Shown one piece after another: positions 38,999-53,874 of a stretch of DNA of 64,000 bases (position 1 is its first letter; each line of letters starts with the position of its first letter). Position numbers and translations under genes: made by a program. The stretch lies in assembly GCF_964204645.1 (NCBI RefSeq), contig NC_134026.1, forward strand, positions 3,061,950 to 3,125,949, in the 5' to 3' direction. Under the pieces are notes generated by a model. It made no database searches and was not told the DNA's origin. It was given only the letters and a program-made list of their open reading frames with translations. This stretch comes from Tubulanus polymorphus. Lineage: Eukaryota; Animalia; Nemertea.

Positions 38999-40031
38999 AA
39001 AATGGTGCTTCTTGTATATATTCAATGATGGAGAATATAGTAAATAAACTACTATTCAGGAGCCTTTTATTATTATAATTTAGTTTCTACCTAGTAACAC
39101 TACCCGCTGCCCAGGCGGATGGCAATAATTGCTTTGTTACGATGTGATCAAGGTCTTGTAATTGAATGACTAATCTGGAATTTTTATTCAGTGGTATAAA
39201 TATAACCATTTCTCAAAAAATAGTGTAGTTTGTCATTAGTAACTTGTTTTTGCTCAAAGTTGCGACTTCTGAATTCTGCATGCGCTCAAACTCTCAGTAA
39301 GGCAGAACTTACAACACCACTACCTGGATGATTTCCTTGAAAAAATAAGACTATATTGTGGAGATAAATTTTATTTTCCATAAAAAGACGATGTGAAGTT
39401 TACAACGCTTATTTGAAATAGTCAATTCACTGCATGCTTTTGTCCATTAATTACCAAGGAAGGTAGTGTCAATATCGGCATTGCTACGAGACTTGTATGC
39501 ATTCAACCATAGACTTTTTCTAGGATGCCCTTGTTGGATTTTTAACATCTATGATTCAATGGGTCGATTAGAAGCTATAAGAGGCACATTACTGGCACAA
39601 ATACAAAATATCACCAATTAGGCACTTGAAGGAATGAATCTAGTAGAATGACAAGTTTTGAATAGAATGTCTGCTTAGATAGGAATGAGTACAATTAATA
39701 AATGGATTCGTTCAGCTTCTACATGTATATATTATATATACCAAGCAAACTGACCTTACACAATATGCTACAATTGTAAAAAGAACTCAGTCGCTACATA
39801 AATAAATAAATTACTAGGAAAGAATATACATCGTACAAAATCTATTGGAATATCAAATCAACGAAACCACAATACGTTACTATTTATGCAAAATAAAATT
39901 AATCACTACAAATTCACAACAAATTGTAACAAACATTCTATTTGGCCACACTCTTCAATTCAAATACACACAATCATACAAGTCGAGTCCACAAAAATCA
40001 ATCCATACATCAGTCTCCCATGGATAAATGA

Positions 40032-43000
40032 CTAACACTCAAATGTCTTATAGATAAGAGTAACATATCCCATTACAGCCTGCCAATCAGGACGTTCTGT
40101 TGTCGCCATATCAGTTATACTCTAAAACAGATGAAAATTTTGCATTATAAATACAAGAAGAATTGCAATTTAAATCATTAGATCCTGTAATCACCATTAG
40201 TTCTCCGAATATTTTCAAATTAATCTACATATTGGTTATTTAAAAAGTTGGCATGACACGTTACTTAGCAACTTTTTCATGTGAGCTGAACCCAATCATT
40301 TGACCCATATAAGAAAACTCATAGCTTTACAGTTATAAGTGTACTTAATAATCATCATTGCTCAAATGCTGCAGGGACTTGTCCACAGTGACTACCGGTA
40401 TGTAATATCCGACTTACTAGTGTGGCTTGAATCCCGACACTTTCAGCTGCTCTGAACGCGATCATAAAATTCTGTTTCTTATCGACTGAGGTGAGATCAT
40501 CGTATGGTATTTTATCGGGTAAGTATGTATGAAGCAAGGCACAGAATGCGAGTCCATCATTCCAACTACTGCTGAAATTCGTGATATCAATTCCCTGCAA
40601 AAAGTTACATGTTTATATGAAGAAGCTTTGCAGGCGTATTTTGTCACAATGAAGTAGGAACCTAGTCGACTTACTTTGTATTTTGCAGTTTTATGTTGGC
40701 ACCATTTCAATAGGGCATTTCGTTTCGACCCTCCAGTTTGTTTAACCAACGTAACTAACGGATCCTTCTTTTCCAATTCACTGTAGAACAAAATTCAAAA
40801 AAGTTTAGTAGTGAAATTATAAGATAACGAAAAGCCAGTTATATCTGAAGAACGAATATCAATATAACGGTACCTGATGGAATTTTTTCTAGATGAAAGT
40901 ATAGATGAAGTGCCGAGTATATTTGTACTGAGTGTAGAAGCAGAAGTCGAGTCTGGGATCAGTTCTGCTGGTCTAGAAGTAGGAGACTCAATAATGGTTG
41001 GTGTGCATGTATTACTCGCTTTGGCATCGTCCGTTACCGGTTTATCGTACAACAATGCAGTTAACGGATGCCCTCTATTGGTCGGTGTATGAGTTATATT
41101 CTCTTTATTGCTTGTATCGGGAGTTCGTTTTAACGCCGATTTCAAGTGAATCTCCGGCGGTGCACTGCTACGCCGTCTGCTCGTTTCGTTTTGCTCGCTA
41201 GGCGTTTCCGTCGTCTCGTCGGTTATCGTTGATAGCGTTTTCGTGATCGGGGTTTCGGCGGAACTTCGTCGTGAAGTATCGGCCGCCGGCGGAGACGTAC
41301 AAACGTGCGAATTTTTCACCTGTTGTTCGATGGATTTGATCAAATTTTTCACCGAAATTGACTGCTGGTTATTACCGGTCGTGTTACGCGTTTGTCTTAG
41401 ATTCGTTAATTCGCGATCGACCGACGTCAAAACGCGACCTCGAATTTCACGACTCGACACCGAAATCGAAGGACTCTCCGCTTGATTTTCTTTCACATCA
41501 TCGGACGCTTTTAACTTCTCCAGTTCGTTGGACACCTTTTGCAATTCTTGTTGATAGCTGGCCACTTTTTCTTTCAAAAGCAGATTTTCGTTGAGAGTCT
41601 CTTCCATATCCTCTTGCGTTTCCATCTTAATGTCATTAGCGATAACGACAGCCTTTTGTAAATCGGATTGAAACTGTATCCATTCGCTAGACTCTGTTTC
41701 GTGTTGCGCTTTCAAATCGGCCATTTCCCTCTCAACTTCAGCGCAGCGCTGCTGCATTATATCCAGCTGCGCTTGCGTATCTTTCTGCGAGTCTTGGTAG
41801 GTTTTCTTCTCCTCGAGACATTCGTCGAGTTCCTGTTCCAGCTGCTCAATTTGCTCGCGTAGTGTTTCAGTTTCCGTCAAAACGCTCATTTTCTCCGTAC
41901 TCATTTTCTCCAGTTTGAACTCCATATCAGAAACGCTCGTTCTTGCATTATTCTTGATGACTTTCATCTCTTGTTCGAGCGTATTCAAGTTCTCTTTAAA
42001 GCGCGTCGTTTCGCACTGACTCAAAGCGAGAGATTCGCGTACGTCTGCTATCACCACTTCCAGACGATCTTTCTCTTGTCGCGTTTTCTCAAGTAATTTC
42101 GCCACTTCCGATTGATCTTGCGTTTTCTGAAATTGCTCGAGTTTTTCGACTTTTCCCTTCTCGTTCTCGAGTAAAGATTTATACCGTTGAAGTTCGATTT
42201 TCTCTGCATCCAACAGTTCTCTCGTTTCTCGACACGAATCCTCCGCGACCTTTTTGTCGACTAGAATACTTTCATTCTTATCTTCCAATAGCCTTATCTT
42301 ATCTTTTAGAGCGACAATTATGTCGAATGTTTCGGAATTTTCCTTTTCCAGCGATTGCAAACTATTGTTCAACTCCTGTTGGCGAAGGACTATCTCATCT
42401 CGTTCGACGTGGGCACTTTTAACGAGTTCAATTAGCTGCCGTTCTCTGTCACACTTATTCACATTATTCGTAGTATCTCCGATCAACAAAAGTTTCAAAT
42501 GATCGATTTGAATTCGAGCGTTTTCTAATTTCTCGGTCTGCGCGCACAGCGATTCTAACAGCACGCCGCGTTCGCTCGCTAGATGTTCGTTTTCAGACGT
42601 CAGTTCATTAACGGCCGATTGTAGGTCGCCGAGCTCCTGAAGCGTAGCTTGTAATTCTTCGCTCGTGCTGTAGTGAGTTTCTTCCATCTGCGAAATACGA
42701 TCCTGTAAACACGCGACGGAAACCTCGCTCAACGCGTCCAAACTTTTATTACTCTGACGTTCCCAGCAGCTATTGTTATCGAACGACAGCGACGACGGGT
42801 GTTCGGGAGTAACGCACGTCAGATCGACTGAAACTTCAGAATCCGTTTCTCCGTCGTAATGACCCTGATTATTCTTACCGGGACTCACATCGCTATCCCT
42901 ACCCCCACTACACGTACTTCCAGCGTGCTGCAAAAGGAGAGATAACTTCTCACTGTCGGTGATCTGCTCCGACAACGGAATACCCAATTCTAACAATCTA

Positions 43001-43782
43001 TCCTTTAACAGTTTATTCTCGTGCTGTAATTTATCGACTTCTTCTTTCGAACGCGCTTTTACCTTCTCTTTCAGTCGTTTGATCTCGAATTTATGACGTT
43101 CGATTTCGGTTTTACGGTTCTCGGAGACCTGCTGCAAGTCAGATATACGTCCTTCCAGTATTTTCTTTTCTTTCTCGAAGTTGGCCAACAGTTCGGCGTT
43201 ATAAGCGAGTATATTCGACGGAGCTGATATTCGCTGCCGGATGACTTTGTCACCACGATTTACATTCTGAGCTCCGGCTTTATCGCGGTTAACGTTCTGA
43301 GTACTGGAAGCACGTTTTACGGAAGTAGGAGTTTTATTGATATTTTGCGTACTGGATGCCTTCTGTAGTGGCTTACTACCCGAGGCGCTGGACTTGTCAT
43401 TTCTAGACGGACTACTCGTAACTATGACCGGAGTCACTCGGGTTTTAGCTTTCACCGACTGCGTATGTGTTGTTGCATCCATAGTTTTTAGATTTTCCTC
43501 AGATTTTTGTAATCCTATCACTGATTTGGGCCGATGTGCTCCTATATTTCCGCCGGCGTTGTTTGCTTTTCGTCGTAAAACGCTCGCCAGATTATCATGG
43601 CTTTTACTCATATACGTTTTACTCAAAGCGTTGTCTTTTTCCGATGTTTGTTTTTGTCGATTCGTGGCCGTTTTTTCCGGTACGCTCACTTTCCGTTGAG
43701 GCTTTTCAATCGTTTTATTTCCCACAGACGATAACGGAGGCCTTCCCGCTATTGAAGCGCTGTTTGCTCTTGCTTTTTTCAT
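40032..43782 (-). CDS. SPECC1L: Cytospin-A / SPECC1L-like (long coiled coil plus C-terminal CH domain)
   Basis: ~2.9-kb coding exon with [33 protein letters not shown] and [20 protein letters not shown]; CH domain [57 protein letters not shown]. Confidence 0.92.
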
Positions 43783-43915
43783 CTTGATTCAGATGCAGCC
43801 GTAGATCTTTAAAGGAATCTGAAATAATACAACAATTTCAATACAAGCAGATAACTAAAAAAAAAATGTAGGCCCTATGCTATAATCAGGTTCATGTCTC
43901 GAAAAAACCTAAATT

Positions 43916-44050
43916 TTTATTAGTAAAAAAGATACGGTTACCTCCATGACATAATGCTTAACCTGCCTAGGATTAAGAAAAATACTTGTATCTTTAATCC
44001 TAGGCAGGTTAGGCATGTCATATAGGTAACCGTATCTGATCGTAATAAAA
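43916..44050. repeat. Hairpin/MITE-like palindrome in the cytospin 5' intron
   Basis: gatacggttacct..atgacat..aacctgcctaggatta pairs with taatcctaggcaggtt..atgtcat..aggtaaccgtatc. Confidence 0.7.
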
Positions 44051-46959
44051 CTGTTAGGCTATTAATATTACCAACTAACAGTACTTGATATAACTGATGG
44101 TTATCCTACCAAGGATGAAATAAGAAATTATTATCAAAGCAGTTCCAGAAAATCAAATCAATAAAGCTTTGAAAGCGTAGTAGATCCTATTGACAAGTGT
44201 TACACGACAACTCCACAGAGAATTGCAGTATGAATATTGCTCCCTGTATCGTCATGCTGAGAGATGATTAATAATCAATAAACATGTCTACCACAAGGGA
44301 TACCTGTCTATCGAACTATATTACTTCATATTAAATCATATTTTCACGGATTGCAACCACAAATATTGCTTTCTACGGTGTAAATGATGATGGAATGATA
44401 TATGCACGACTTCAGTCCCAGAACTGATGCTGATTTTCGGTGCCAGTTTTGATGATAGGACAAGAAATGAACACAACAAACAAATGGTTTGATGAGTCAA
44501 TTCTACAATAGCAGCAGCTGTATTTTATATCCCCACCCTGCAATAGTCATTCCTGCCTGATTGTGATTTCAAGAATTTCCACTTAAATCAACTGAATTTA
44601 ATCACTCACCCATTTTGTCAAGAATCTCTAAGAATCCCTCGAGAGGAGGCAAATATACCAACAACAGCACTAGTAAAATCTATAATGATGTCTACAGCAC
44701 GACTGAGCTTGCTGTAGACATACAGTAACACTGAACTACGCCTCGGTTAATTATTGACCCAGAACGATTGCAGCAGCAGTAATAACGTTAACCCATTCAC
44801 TACTAAAACATCATCTCATCAACTGATAAATTTACCAAAAAAATGAATGATTCTCATGATTCAATTCTTTAGTGATCGTGAATGATATGGATTCTAAAGG
44901 AGCACAAGAATGAGTAGCCGATTAGTATTCAAAAACCGAGCAAGAAATTGAAAATTTAGGGTTCAACTTGTATGCGATAAGGCATAGTATCTGTTCGCAA
45001 AATTTACCAAACTAGAAATTTCAATAGGCCAAACAGAAAAAACGATACTCCAGAAAAAAGGCTACCGGTAAACATTTCTCTTTATTGGTTGTAGAGCATG
45101 GGCTTAATTTGACTTGAGTTGAAAAGGATTAAAATCTTTAGGATGTTGAAATCCTAACAATGAAACCTAGAACCTATTTGGCCTATATCTATGCCAAAAT
45201 TCATATACGATTACCTCCTGACAACTCATTGTAAAATTGCATAAAATCTTTGAGTAAAAAACGTTGTTGACATTATTTTTTTTATCTATCACCTACTTGT
45301 CCTAAGCTAGACCCTGCCAACAAGGCTTTACACTCGGAAATAAACGTACATAACACTATAATATTCAAGTACTTAACTATGCCATAGATAGACCTAGTTT
45401 CAAAAAGAGTACCTTAATATTTCATGAGAAAGGCAATGACAGTTTAGATGATTACAGCTCTTCTTAACAAATTTATCAATGATAAATTATAATTAATTGG
45501 AAACTACTGTGTTTGGCCATTCATTGCGTCCCACAAAACAATGACTTTAAATTCAAACAAAGCAATCATGAACCTGTTTTATGGAATGAGACCAGAAGTA
45601 CTATTGTACTTGATTTCAATAGAGTATTGTATGCATTATGCGCAAGTAGTCATGTTCAAAGCAGTCACTTCTACTGTTTCAACTTGAAATGGGTTTTTAT
45701 CGATGTGTGGATTTTTTCATATAGGCCTTATATCTCAAGTAGAGGTGCATGATATCAGACCTAAGATAACTGCAATGACACTTAATAAAACATAGTAAAC
45801 CAAGTCTGCTGCGGGAACCCTAACAGTTAGACCCATAAACCAAAAATAAACCCACAAAGCAAAGCAAACTCAGATCAGACTATGTCCATGGACTACCAAA
45901 AAAGCACAGTTATCCCTGAATGAGCCAACTGTCAGTAGTGATCTCGTGATCTCAGTGTATTGGTGAAGGTGTTTGACCAAGCTAAATAAACAGGATATTA
46001 GACATAGGTAGAGGCTAAACACTTAACAGTAAGACATTTAACACCTGAACTAAATTAACAACCAGATCACAATGAACAGAATTAGAAGTTATGAATTTGG
46101 AAATAGAAAGATAATCTCAATTTAAGATAATCTCAATTTTTCATTGACAAAGCAGACCACTTTTTTTAGGCCTTGTCTTCCATAAGTAAGTGGCAAATAC
46201 CAAAAAGACAGAAATTTTCAAATATTCCTCTGAAACTGGGTGAGAAGGATTCTGAAATTTTTAAGCTACCCGCGGTGCTTGGCAGGCTTGGGTAAGTTTG
46301 GCGACTTTAGTGACACTTGACTAACAGTTCCTTAACAAATAAAAAAAAATGAAAGAAAAAGTCCAGCAAAATAAATCGATGTTGAAATAAGCATCTGTAT
46401 CTGTATTGCAGTGTACCGGACACGTACAATGAAAAAGTCACACCGTTAATATTGATAATTGACAGAATAAAATTTAATTGATTTGCTTTTAAATCAGTTT
46501 TGAATCGGTCTTCAGAAACGAATACTGAATAGGCCCGGCTAGCTATAGTAATAGTATAGAAAACAACTTACCACGTCAGGACAAAATAACACTGTCAGCG
46601 GTTACAAATACAAAACTCGGTCGTTGAATCTCCTCCTTAATCAACAATTCATTTCACAAATGTCCAATTTGTGCATCTACAACGCATTTTCGTCTATTTC
46701 TCAGTGACTGGCCCCGGCAGTAAGATTAGTGGTTTGAACGATAACAACGTAGAGGGCAGCACCACCTAATAAACAGGTTCCACCGGATGTAGTATTGTTG
46801 CGCAATGACTAGTGACATTTCAGCGGCTCCACAACCGAAAATCGCAAGGTCGTTGCGCTGCTGTCACTTGTGTCAAAAACCAATTTGCAGTTGACTGGTT
46901 GATGGACTAATTAATATAGCAGTTTTGGCTAACGTTAGTTATTATTGATTAGCCTAGCC

Positions 46960-49900
46960 ATGGGTGCAAACTCAAGTGCAGATGCTGATGTGCCATCATC
47001 AGTAGATGATGAAAATCCTACATCTAAAAAGATTAAAAACGTATTCCAGGTAGGCAAGAACCTATTAGTTAGTTACCTAATCGTTGGTGGTTAGCTTTTA
47101 ATAATCGGTTGAGCTTATACCAACGTGGTTTGTGAAAATATTCGATCGTGAAACTAAACCACAGACAGGTTACTGACTAGCAAGAACCTTGCTTTCTTCC
47201 ATGTAAAAAGGAAGAAATCAACAAAATCAGGTCATCTCAGTAAAGTACGACATCATTATTTCTGAAGGATCCGTGCTACATCATCATCATCATCAATTTT
47301 GAAGGATCTGTGGTAGGCTCCTTCGAGCCGTGGTTATCCTCCTCGTTGTTTCTCATTTCGTTGATAGGTTTCCCGTAGTTTGGGGAAAGACAGAGACTCC
47401 CTTCCCTGTTGCTTATTCAGTTAACTCGTTGAATTAATTTAAATCAGCATGATTTGTTAATGGTTAATTTTAGTAATTTTATACACATGATTAGTAAAAT
47501 GTTTTTAACTCATTGATTAGTATTTTTGATTAGTAATTGGAATTTTCAATTTTATAAGAAACATTATATTGAATTTGATGAATTGGTTAACAATGGATTC
47601 CTTGATTGGTTGATTGCTTGCTCGAAAATTATTAGATACAGTTTTAGATATAGTTTTTGATGAAACCCTAGCAGTCTGGAAACCCAGCTGTTAATCCGGC
47701 AACGTTGTTTCCTCAGACCGATCTGATGCATATCAGATGACATTAGAACATTTCCATTTTTATCATTTTGCAGCTTTCGACTGGTTTTACCGATGGAGAA
47801 GCGTGTTCTCTAATGCCGTTTGATGTGTTTCAGGTTTGTAGCTGTTATAGTTATATTCAATGCCTGGTACGGACCTACTCAAATCTACACAGCAGTATTC
47901 CTGGTTTTCACTATTGAAAATTATTTCAGACGATGTTTAGTTTGACGGAATGCGACCAGCTCGGTCGACTGCTACTGGCACACATCAAAGTTCGACTGAA
48001 AAATGTGAAAGGTTTTACTCAGGAAGAATTTGTTGAAATTGGTGAGGAATTTGTTAACCTATCCGGACAACATATGATCAATAATTACTGGGATATCTTC
48101 ACATCAGGGAAGGAAGAAATATCAAAAGAAGGTTCGTGAATTCTAAGGTCTTCTTTTAGTTGAATTTTACATATCTTATTCAAAAGGTAAAAAATTTGTT
48201 TCCGCATTTCAGAGGTGTTGTCATTCGTCGATGTTATGTTTACATTGGCTTGCGTAACCTGTGGAGGGAAGCAACTGGCAGCAGACACGGTTGAAACTGT
48301 CAAACAAAAATATTTCAATGCTCTAGTTAGTAACATGGTAAGTTGAATCTATCATAAACCTGGTAATGAAACCTTTTAGAAAGTAATTACCGTACATTAG
48401 AAGTAGAGAAAGATAAAGTTAATTAAAGATCAGAATGAATGAATAGTGAATTGAAAAATGGTTTTCTGAAAGGTCATGCTCTTATTTTAGATTAATTCAT
48501 CAAACACAGTTTATAAAACAGAGTTTTGTCAGTGGACACAAAAACATTGTGCTCATCTGATAAGTGGTGCGCACAGTTGGATAACTGGTGTTTGGTCTGA
48601 TTTAGAATGGAAGAGAAATCTGGGTCAGGTAATGCGTCTCTTTGTTGAAAAGACTTCTTTTCAATAATTCACGTTATTCAAAATCCCTTAGATGTTTTTC
48701 CAGCTGACAGACTTTCAGGCAGATGCAGATATTCCGTGTAAATCATCAGGTATTCTTCATGTACCTGTATTCTGGTTATTGTCCTGTGCTCTCCCCCATA
48801 TCTACAGACTAGCAGTGTATGATACCGATGACCAACTGTCTCAGTCAACCTCGGATAGAATGGTAAGAATACCTTTGGAAATACGGAGACTAAATGTGAA
48901 AAGCATAGATAGTGTTGTATAAATGATGTTATGATTCTCTCCTTATTTTAGAGAGAGATGTTTCATTGGTTGTCATTGTATGATAGCAATGACCATGGTA
49001 CAAGTATAAACAGGTACGGTAGAGTTAAAATTGCTGCAACGCTTACAAACAATCATAGATTTTATGAAAGTGTCAAAAGAAATCTTATTTCAGGTTTTGC
49101 CATCATGTATTTGAATACTCTGGACCAACAGTGTTAATGTTGGAGTTTGAGGACGATCATGTGTACTGTCTCGCAGTAGATACTCCATGGAGGTAATTAG
49201 ACGGCTAGTATGTAATAACAAAATTAGGCTCTTTACTTCTATTTTATCGAGATTTCTCCTAGATAACTGGTTTTAGAAAGTGTAGTAATTTACCCTCAAT
49301 TATGATTTGAATCACTAATTGAATTATCATGATTAAATTCAGATAGGTTTTTCACAAAACGTAATTAGCTTTAAACCTGATGGAACTTAATCACAAAATT
49401 TGATTAACCAATAATGATTAGGAAAATCTAATTATGACTTAGGTCCTTGTTAAAATTAAAGTTGATTACGCTAATTGAAACTGGCCCTGTGTCCCAAATA
49501 ATTCTGATTATTGAAAAAGTTGATAATCTGTTTATCAGAGAAAGCAGCAGCCGATGGGGTGGAATGTATACATCACTGATCCAGATCCTGCCTGTCTTCA
49601 GAATCGTTATGTGTGAGTTCTTGTCATTTCTTATGCTTCGTCAAGACTTATCCGAATGTCAGTTGTTGATTTACCAATTCTTTTTAAATTTACAACTTTT
49701 CCAGCGGGGGCAGATATGATATTCATGAATCTTCAACTTCGAGGACTTCCTAAGGGTATACAGATTGGGAAAGACCATAAGTCATTGGTGCTTGAAATAA
49801 ACGAAGAACTTACATCTGTAAAGAAATATGGCATTCCGTATAAACTCATCAGGCTTGAGGTAAGATCGAATTCTGACTGCTTAAGAATCTTTCACCAATA

Positions 49901-50219
49901 TTAAACATGCCTCTGTTAAGGCACTGATGCTCGAAACCGGCATCGAAGCATTCAAATTTTCGTAATTTCTGAGTGAATCAGAATATTTGTGAAAAAGTTA
50001 ATACTTTCGATTTTCTAGGTTTGGGGCTGCGGCAGTGACACAGCGCGTAAAGCTCAGTTAGAGCAGAGACATTGGGAAAAACGAGAGACTGAAAAACTTC
50101 GAAATCAAAAGCTCAAAATTGACGATTGGAAAGATAGTCCAGACAGACAGTTGTTATCATGGGGTGGTGTAGAGGTTACTCATTCAGAAGCATTGCATCC
50201 CGATGATGAAAAGAAGTGA
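46960..50219 (+). CDS. TLDc-domain protein with N-myristoylation motif (MEAK7/Rtc5-like family), multi-exon
   Basis: MGANSS start; LYDSNDHGTSINRFCHHVFEYSGPT; EVWGCG; C-terminal DDWKDSPDRQLLSWGGV; TGA at 50217-50219. Confidence 0.75.
47066..47180. mobile_element. Short MITE-like interspersed repeat, copy 2
   Basis: Shares tagttagttacctaatcgttggtgg...gatcgtgaaactaaaccacag.caggttactgactag with 26658-26765. Confidence 0.65.
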
Positions 50220-52772
50220 TTGTGATGTCCATTTTGAAGACATGATATTCATGAAGACTTGTTTTACCAGGTACTCTCTTGTTGAGTGAAGTAAGGCAGA
50301 GTCTGCCATGTTCTGGCACAATGAAATGAAGAGATCCCGATCTAGTCATCACATGTATTTCAGAATATTTCACTCTGAATTTTGCAAAAATTGAATTATC
50401 TAAAAACATTTGATCCATGCATATGCTGTTGTTATTTTTGTTATGTAGACCGAAATAATCCATAACGAATTTCCACGAATCTATTGAAAAGCTGTCTTCT
50501 TCATATTATTTGTTAAAATTCAAATTTAAATGAATTATATATCAGAATTAGTTTTAACAAATGACTGTCTTGCTTCCCATTACTTGGAGTGATTAGTCTG
50601 ATTCTAATCAACCAGCCACTTCCAGGACCGGCAGACCCGCATACTTTTGCTCATTCTTGCTTGTCATTTATTAGCAGCTGGATAAATCTTCAAAGCAAGA
50701 AAGACATTCAAGCAAAACCCGATATCCACTACCAAGACCAGCAAAATTATACTTTTGTTTATCCTATACTGGTTAACTGTACGACTATTCTTGAATTGCA
50801 CAAAGATATTGTCTAAATCCCTGATTCTTAACAATTTGACTGTTTGCACCTAGGACACCCCGGTTTATCCTCTATTTGGGCAGTTTTCGGTAAATGAAAC
50901 TCTCAAGTTGCAAAATTGAATTTCCTCATCACTGTATTAGCCCCATACCAGTCTAATTTAACTGGATGAAATCCTCAAAGCACGAAAAGTAAAAACAAAG
51001 ATTTAAGCAAACAGGATGATATCCATATATTATACCACGTGAAATGATTAAACCACTGAGACATAAATACCACAATAAATGATGAAAAATAAGCACGTTA
51101 CATTAATAATTACCGGTAGGGGAAGAAAATCGATCAAAAGAAAAAAGCATGAACATGTACATGGAACAAATAGAGATATATGAATCGAACGAAATAGCTT
51201 GTAATTAGTAATGTATCCAAGAAGTAATGAACAATGAGTTGTTTATAATGTGACATTCATACATAGAATCAACCAGTACGCTGTAATGTTCACCGTATAC
51301 AGTTCAATATCACCGTTTCTCTCCCAATAGAATTTCCAACCTGTTTGAATAAGCCTTGCGTGTTAAAAAAAATAAAGAGAATATAGCTCAAAAGATAAGA
51401 AAAAGCGTTGTTTTAAATAGTGAAGATCATTAAATAATAAATAGCCAAAGATCATTCCAACATTTCATGAAATACAATAAATATACCATTTCAGCTTATC
51501 TACAATTTAATTCGACTACAACAGTATAATAGTAACTAGGAACCAATTCATAATAATTAGACACATTAATAATAAGAAAAACATGCAATATTTCTATATG
51601 TCATGTACATTCGGTTATCATGAACTATATACACACAATACAGCTTCCCGTTTCAAAATATAAGTGCTCAGACAGTTTTCATATTATATACACATTTTTT
51701 GAGGAATACATGTTGTTTATTTTGAACTGGATCAGAAATTTAACAATTTCATTTAGCAAAATTCAGCACATCTGAGAAATAATAATAATCAACGTAAAAT
51801 ACATATTATATCTAGTGAGGTGATAGATCAAATACCACATACGTGGATTACGAATGGAATTAACAATTATTCTGACTGTGCAATAAAACTGCAATCGAAC
51901 GAAACTAGAATTAGATGATATATATATATATATTGGTATATATATTTTTGTGGATGAGAATTGTGTAAAAATATCTTCAATGATGAATAATGAATCGTGA
52001 TGGTTTTGTACCGACATACAATCATGAATACTTAAGTGAAGTGATTAAAGTGGATCGCCGATAAAATCAAATAAGCGAGAATGTCAGTGGTTGAATAAAT
52101 TTGTTTTCATATCGATTGACGCTGATGAGAAATGGATTTTTTAAGCATAACAAACGGTCAAATATTTCAATCCATATGAAGATCACGTTTTACAGAATTC
52201 GCCAGTAAATCAGTTTGCACACGGAGATGGATCTGGTAAATCACGATGTTATTTTATTGAATCGTACTTTTGCATATTTTTTCAACTTTCAATTCATTTA
52301 TTTGAAGATGAAACACAATTGACGCGTTGTGGCTTCATCCGAATTTCTATCAGTTGAACGAAGTTCATCATCGTATTCGCCACGAACTGTCTTTTCACTG
52401 GAGATGAAGCAACGACGCAACATTTTTTTCTAAAATTGATAACAGCGCCATCTGTGGGAAGATTACAGGAGTAAACAGCAGTATACCGATAGTTTTTTCT
52501 CTACGCAATAGAAGTGAAAACGGTCTCGAGTTGTAACTCGTTCATTTCATACGGGAAGATTATCATAGTCTGCCAAGGAAACATTCGAATCCGATAATTT
52601 AAGTCTTGCATAAACAACACCTGCCTGAGTTTTGATATTTTCAGCTGCTACCAGCACAAATGGCACTGAAAAAATGGACGATAAACTGTGTATTAACTAC
52701 AATGAATGGTCATATATTTCGGTTCACAGCGATAATTGATAAACAACAGTAAATACATATAATCCACTAACT

Positions 52773-52923
52773 TCAAGGAATGACTGATCTGGAGGGACCC
52801 TGTACTACAGGGTCCTTCCAGATCAGTCATTCCTTGGAGTTTTCAAGGAGAAAATTTCAAGCACATTAAAAGCATTTAAGAAGCTGTTTTCATTCAGGGA
52901 ATCAAAGAGTCGTAGAGACCCTG
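52773..52923. mobile_element. CAGGG-TIR MITE family fragments forming a head-to-head palindrome in the UBE2G1 copy A 3'UTR intron
   Basis: caaggaatgactgatctggagggaccctg-tacta-cagggtccttccagatcagtcattccttg; the same terminus occurs at ~29320-29348 and 53217-53246. Confidence 0.6.
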
Positions 52924-52972
52924 AATATATATGTCAGTACATACCCTCATCAATTCGATCACATGAAGTTCA

Positions 52973-53842
52973 TCAATTCAATGAGTCTTTTACATTTTTT
53001 GACACCTCCTTCCTGAAAGCTCTGAAATTTTCCCTGAATTGTTTCTACAAAATGAAAGAGAAAACATTTGTACTAGTACAGAAAACATCTTTTCAGTATA
53101 GCCTATATTTGAACAATTACAGTATGCAGATCGGGCAGTCAAGAGAACTTTACCACATTTCAGAGACCCAAAGAATTAAAGAAATATATAACATGGGACT
53201 TTCACTCAATCTCAATCAGGGTCCCTACAGATTAGCCATTCCTGGATGTAAGGAGTTTTCCATGAGTTAAAAAGGAGAAAATTTCTGCATCACTTTCATA
53301 CCGTATCCAAATTACAGTACTCCTCCTAAATCGTGTTCATCTCAGTAAAAGTATTCTGTGCTTTTTTGTAAGCAAGTTCGAAAGTATTTTCCTTTTTGAC
53401 AGGAGTGTTTAAGGCATTGCGGAGTCTGAGGAACCCAGTCAAAAACTAAACTTTACAATACGATTGCAAAAAATGTCCCCGAAAGCTGACCAACACAGGG
53501 CAAAGTTTACTCGATGATGACTTACTGCTGCATCGATATTGGCAGGTGATTCTGTATTAGGATCGGATAGCATTGAAATCACACTGAGTAATATCGATTC
53601 GACAGTATGTACCGGTAACCATCGTTCACTCGCTCTTTCGTAGCCATATTTATCTTCCCCCGGTTCATGTAGTATCGATATACACACCGTTCCATCGCTG
53701 TGAACTGAAATATACACAAACCATTCAATGCATTTAATGGGTTAATTCAATTTCATTCTAAATCTTCGTAGAGTAGCCGTGTTAACCAGGTTTAAAATAA
53801 GTAACGAGACGAGTAGTACTGTATAGGTTAACTATCTATTTG

Positions 53843-53874
<32 letters not shown>

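Noticed and set aside
40877-43787. Several plus-strand ORFs opposite cytospin (also those opposite alpha-catenin, CENPJ and DGCR2-like)
   Set aside because: Antisense shadows of real coding exons with no recognisable motifs.
52880-52975. TGA TGA at the UBE2G1 copy A stop as selenocysteine or readthrough, followed by an open frame
   Set aside because: The stop is at the normal UBE2G1 C-terminus, the downstream frame is not kept in copy B, and no SECIS was recognised.
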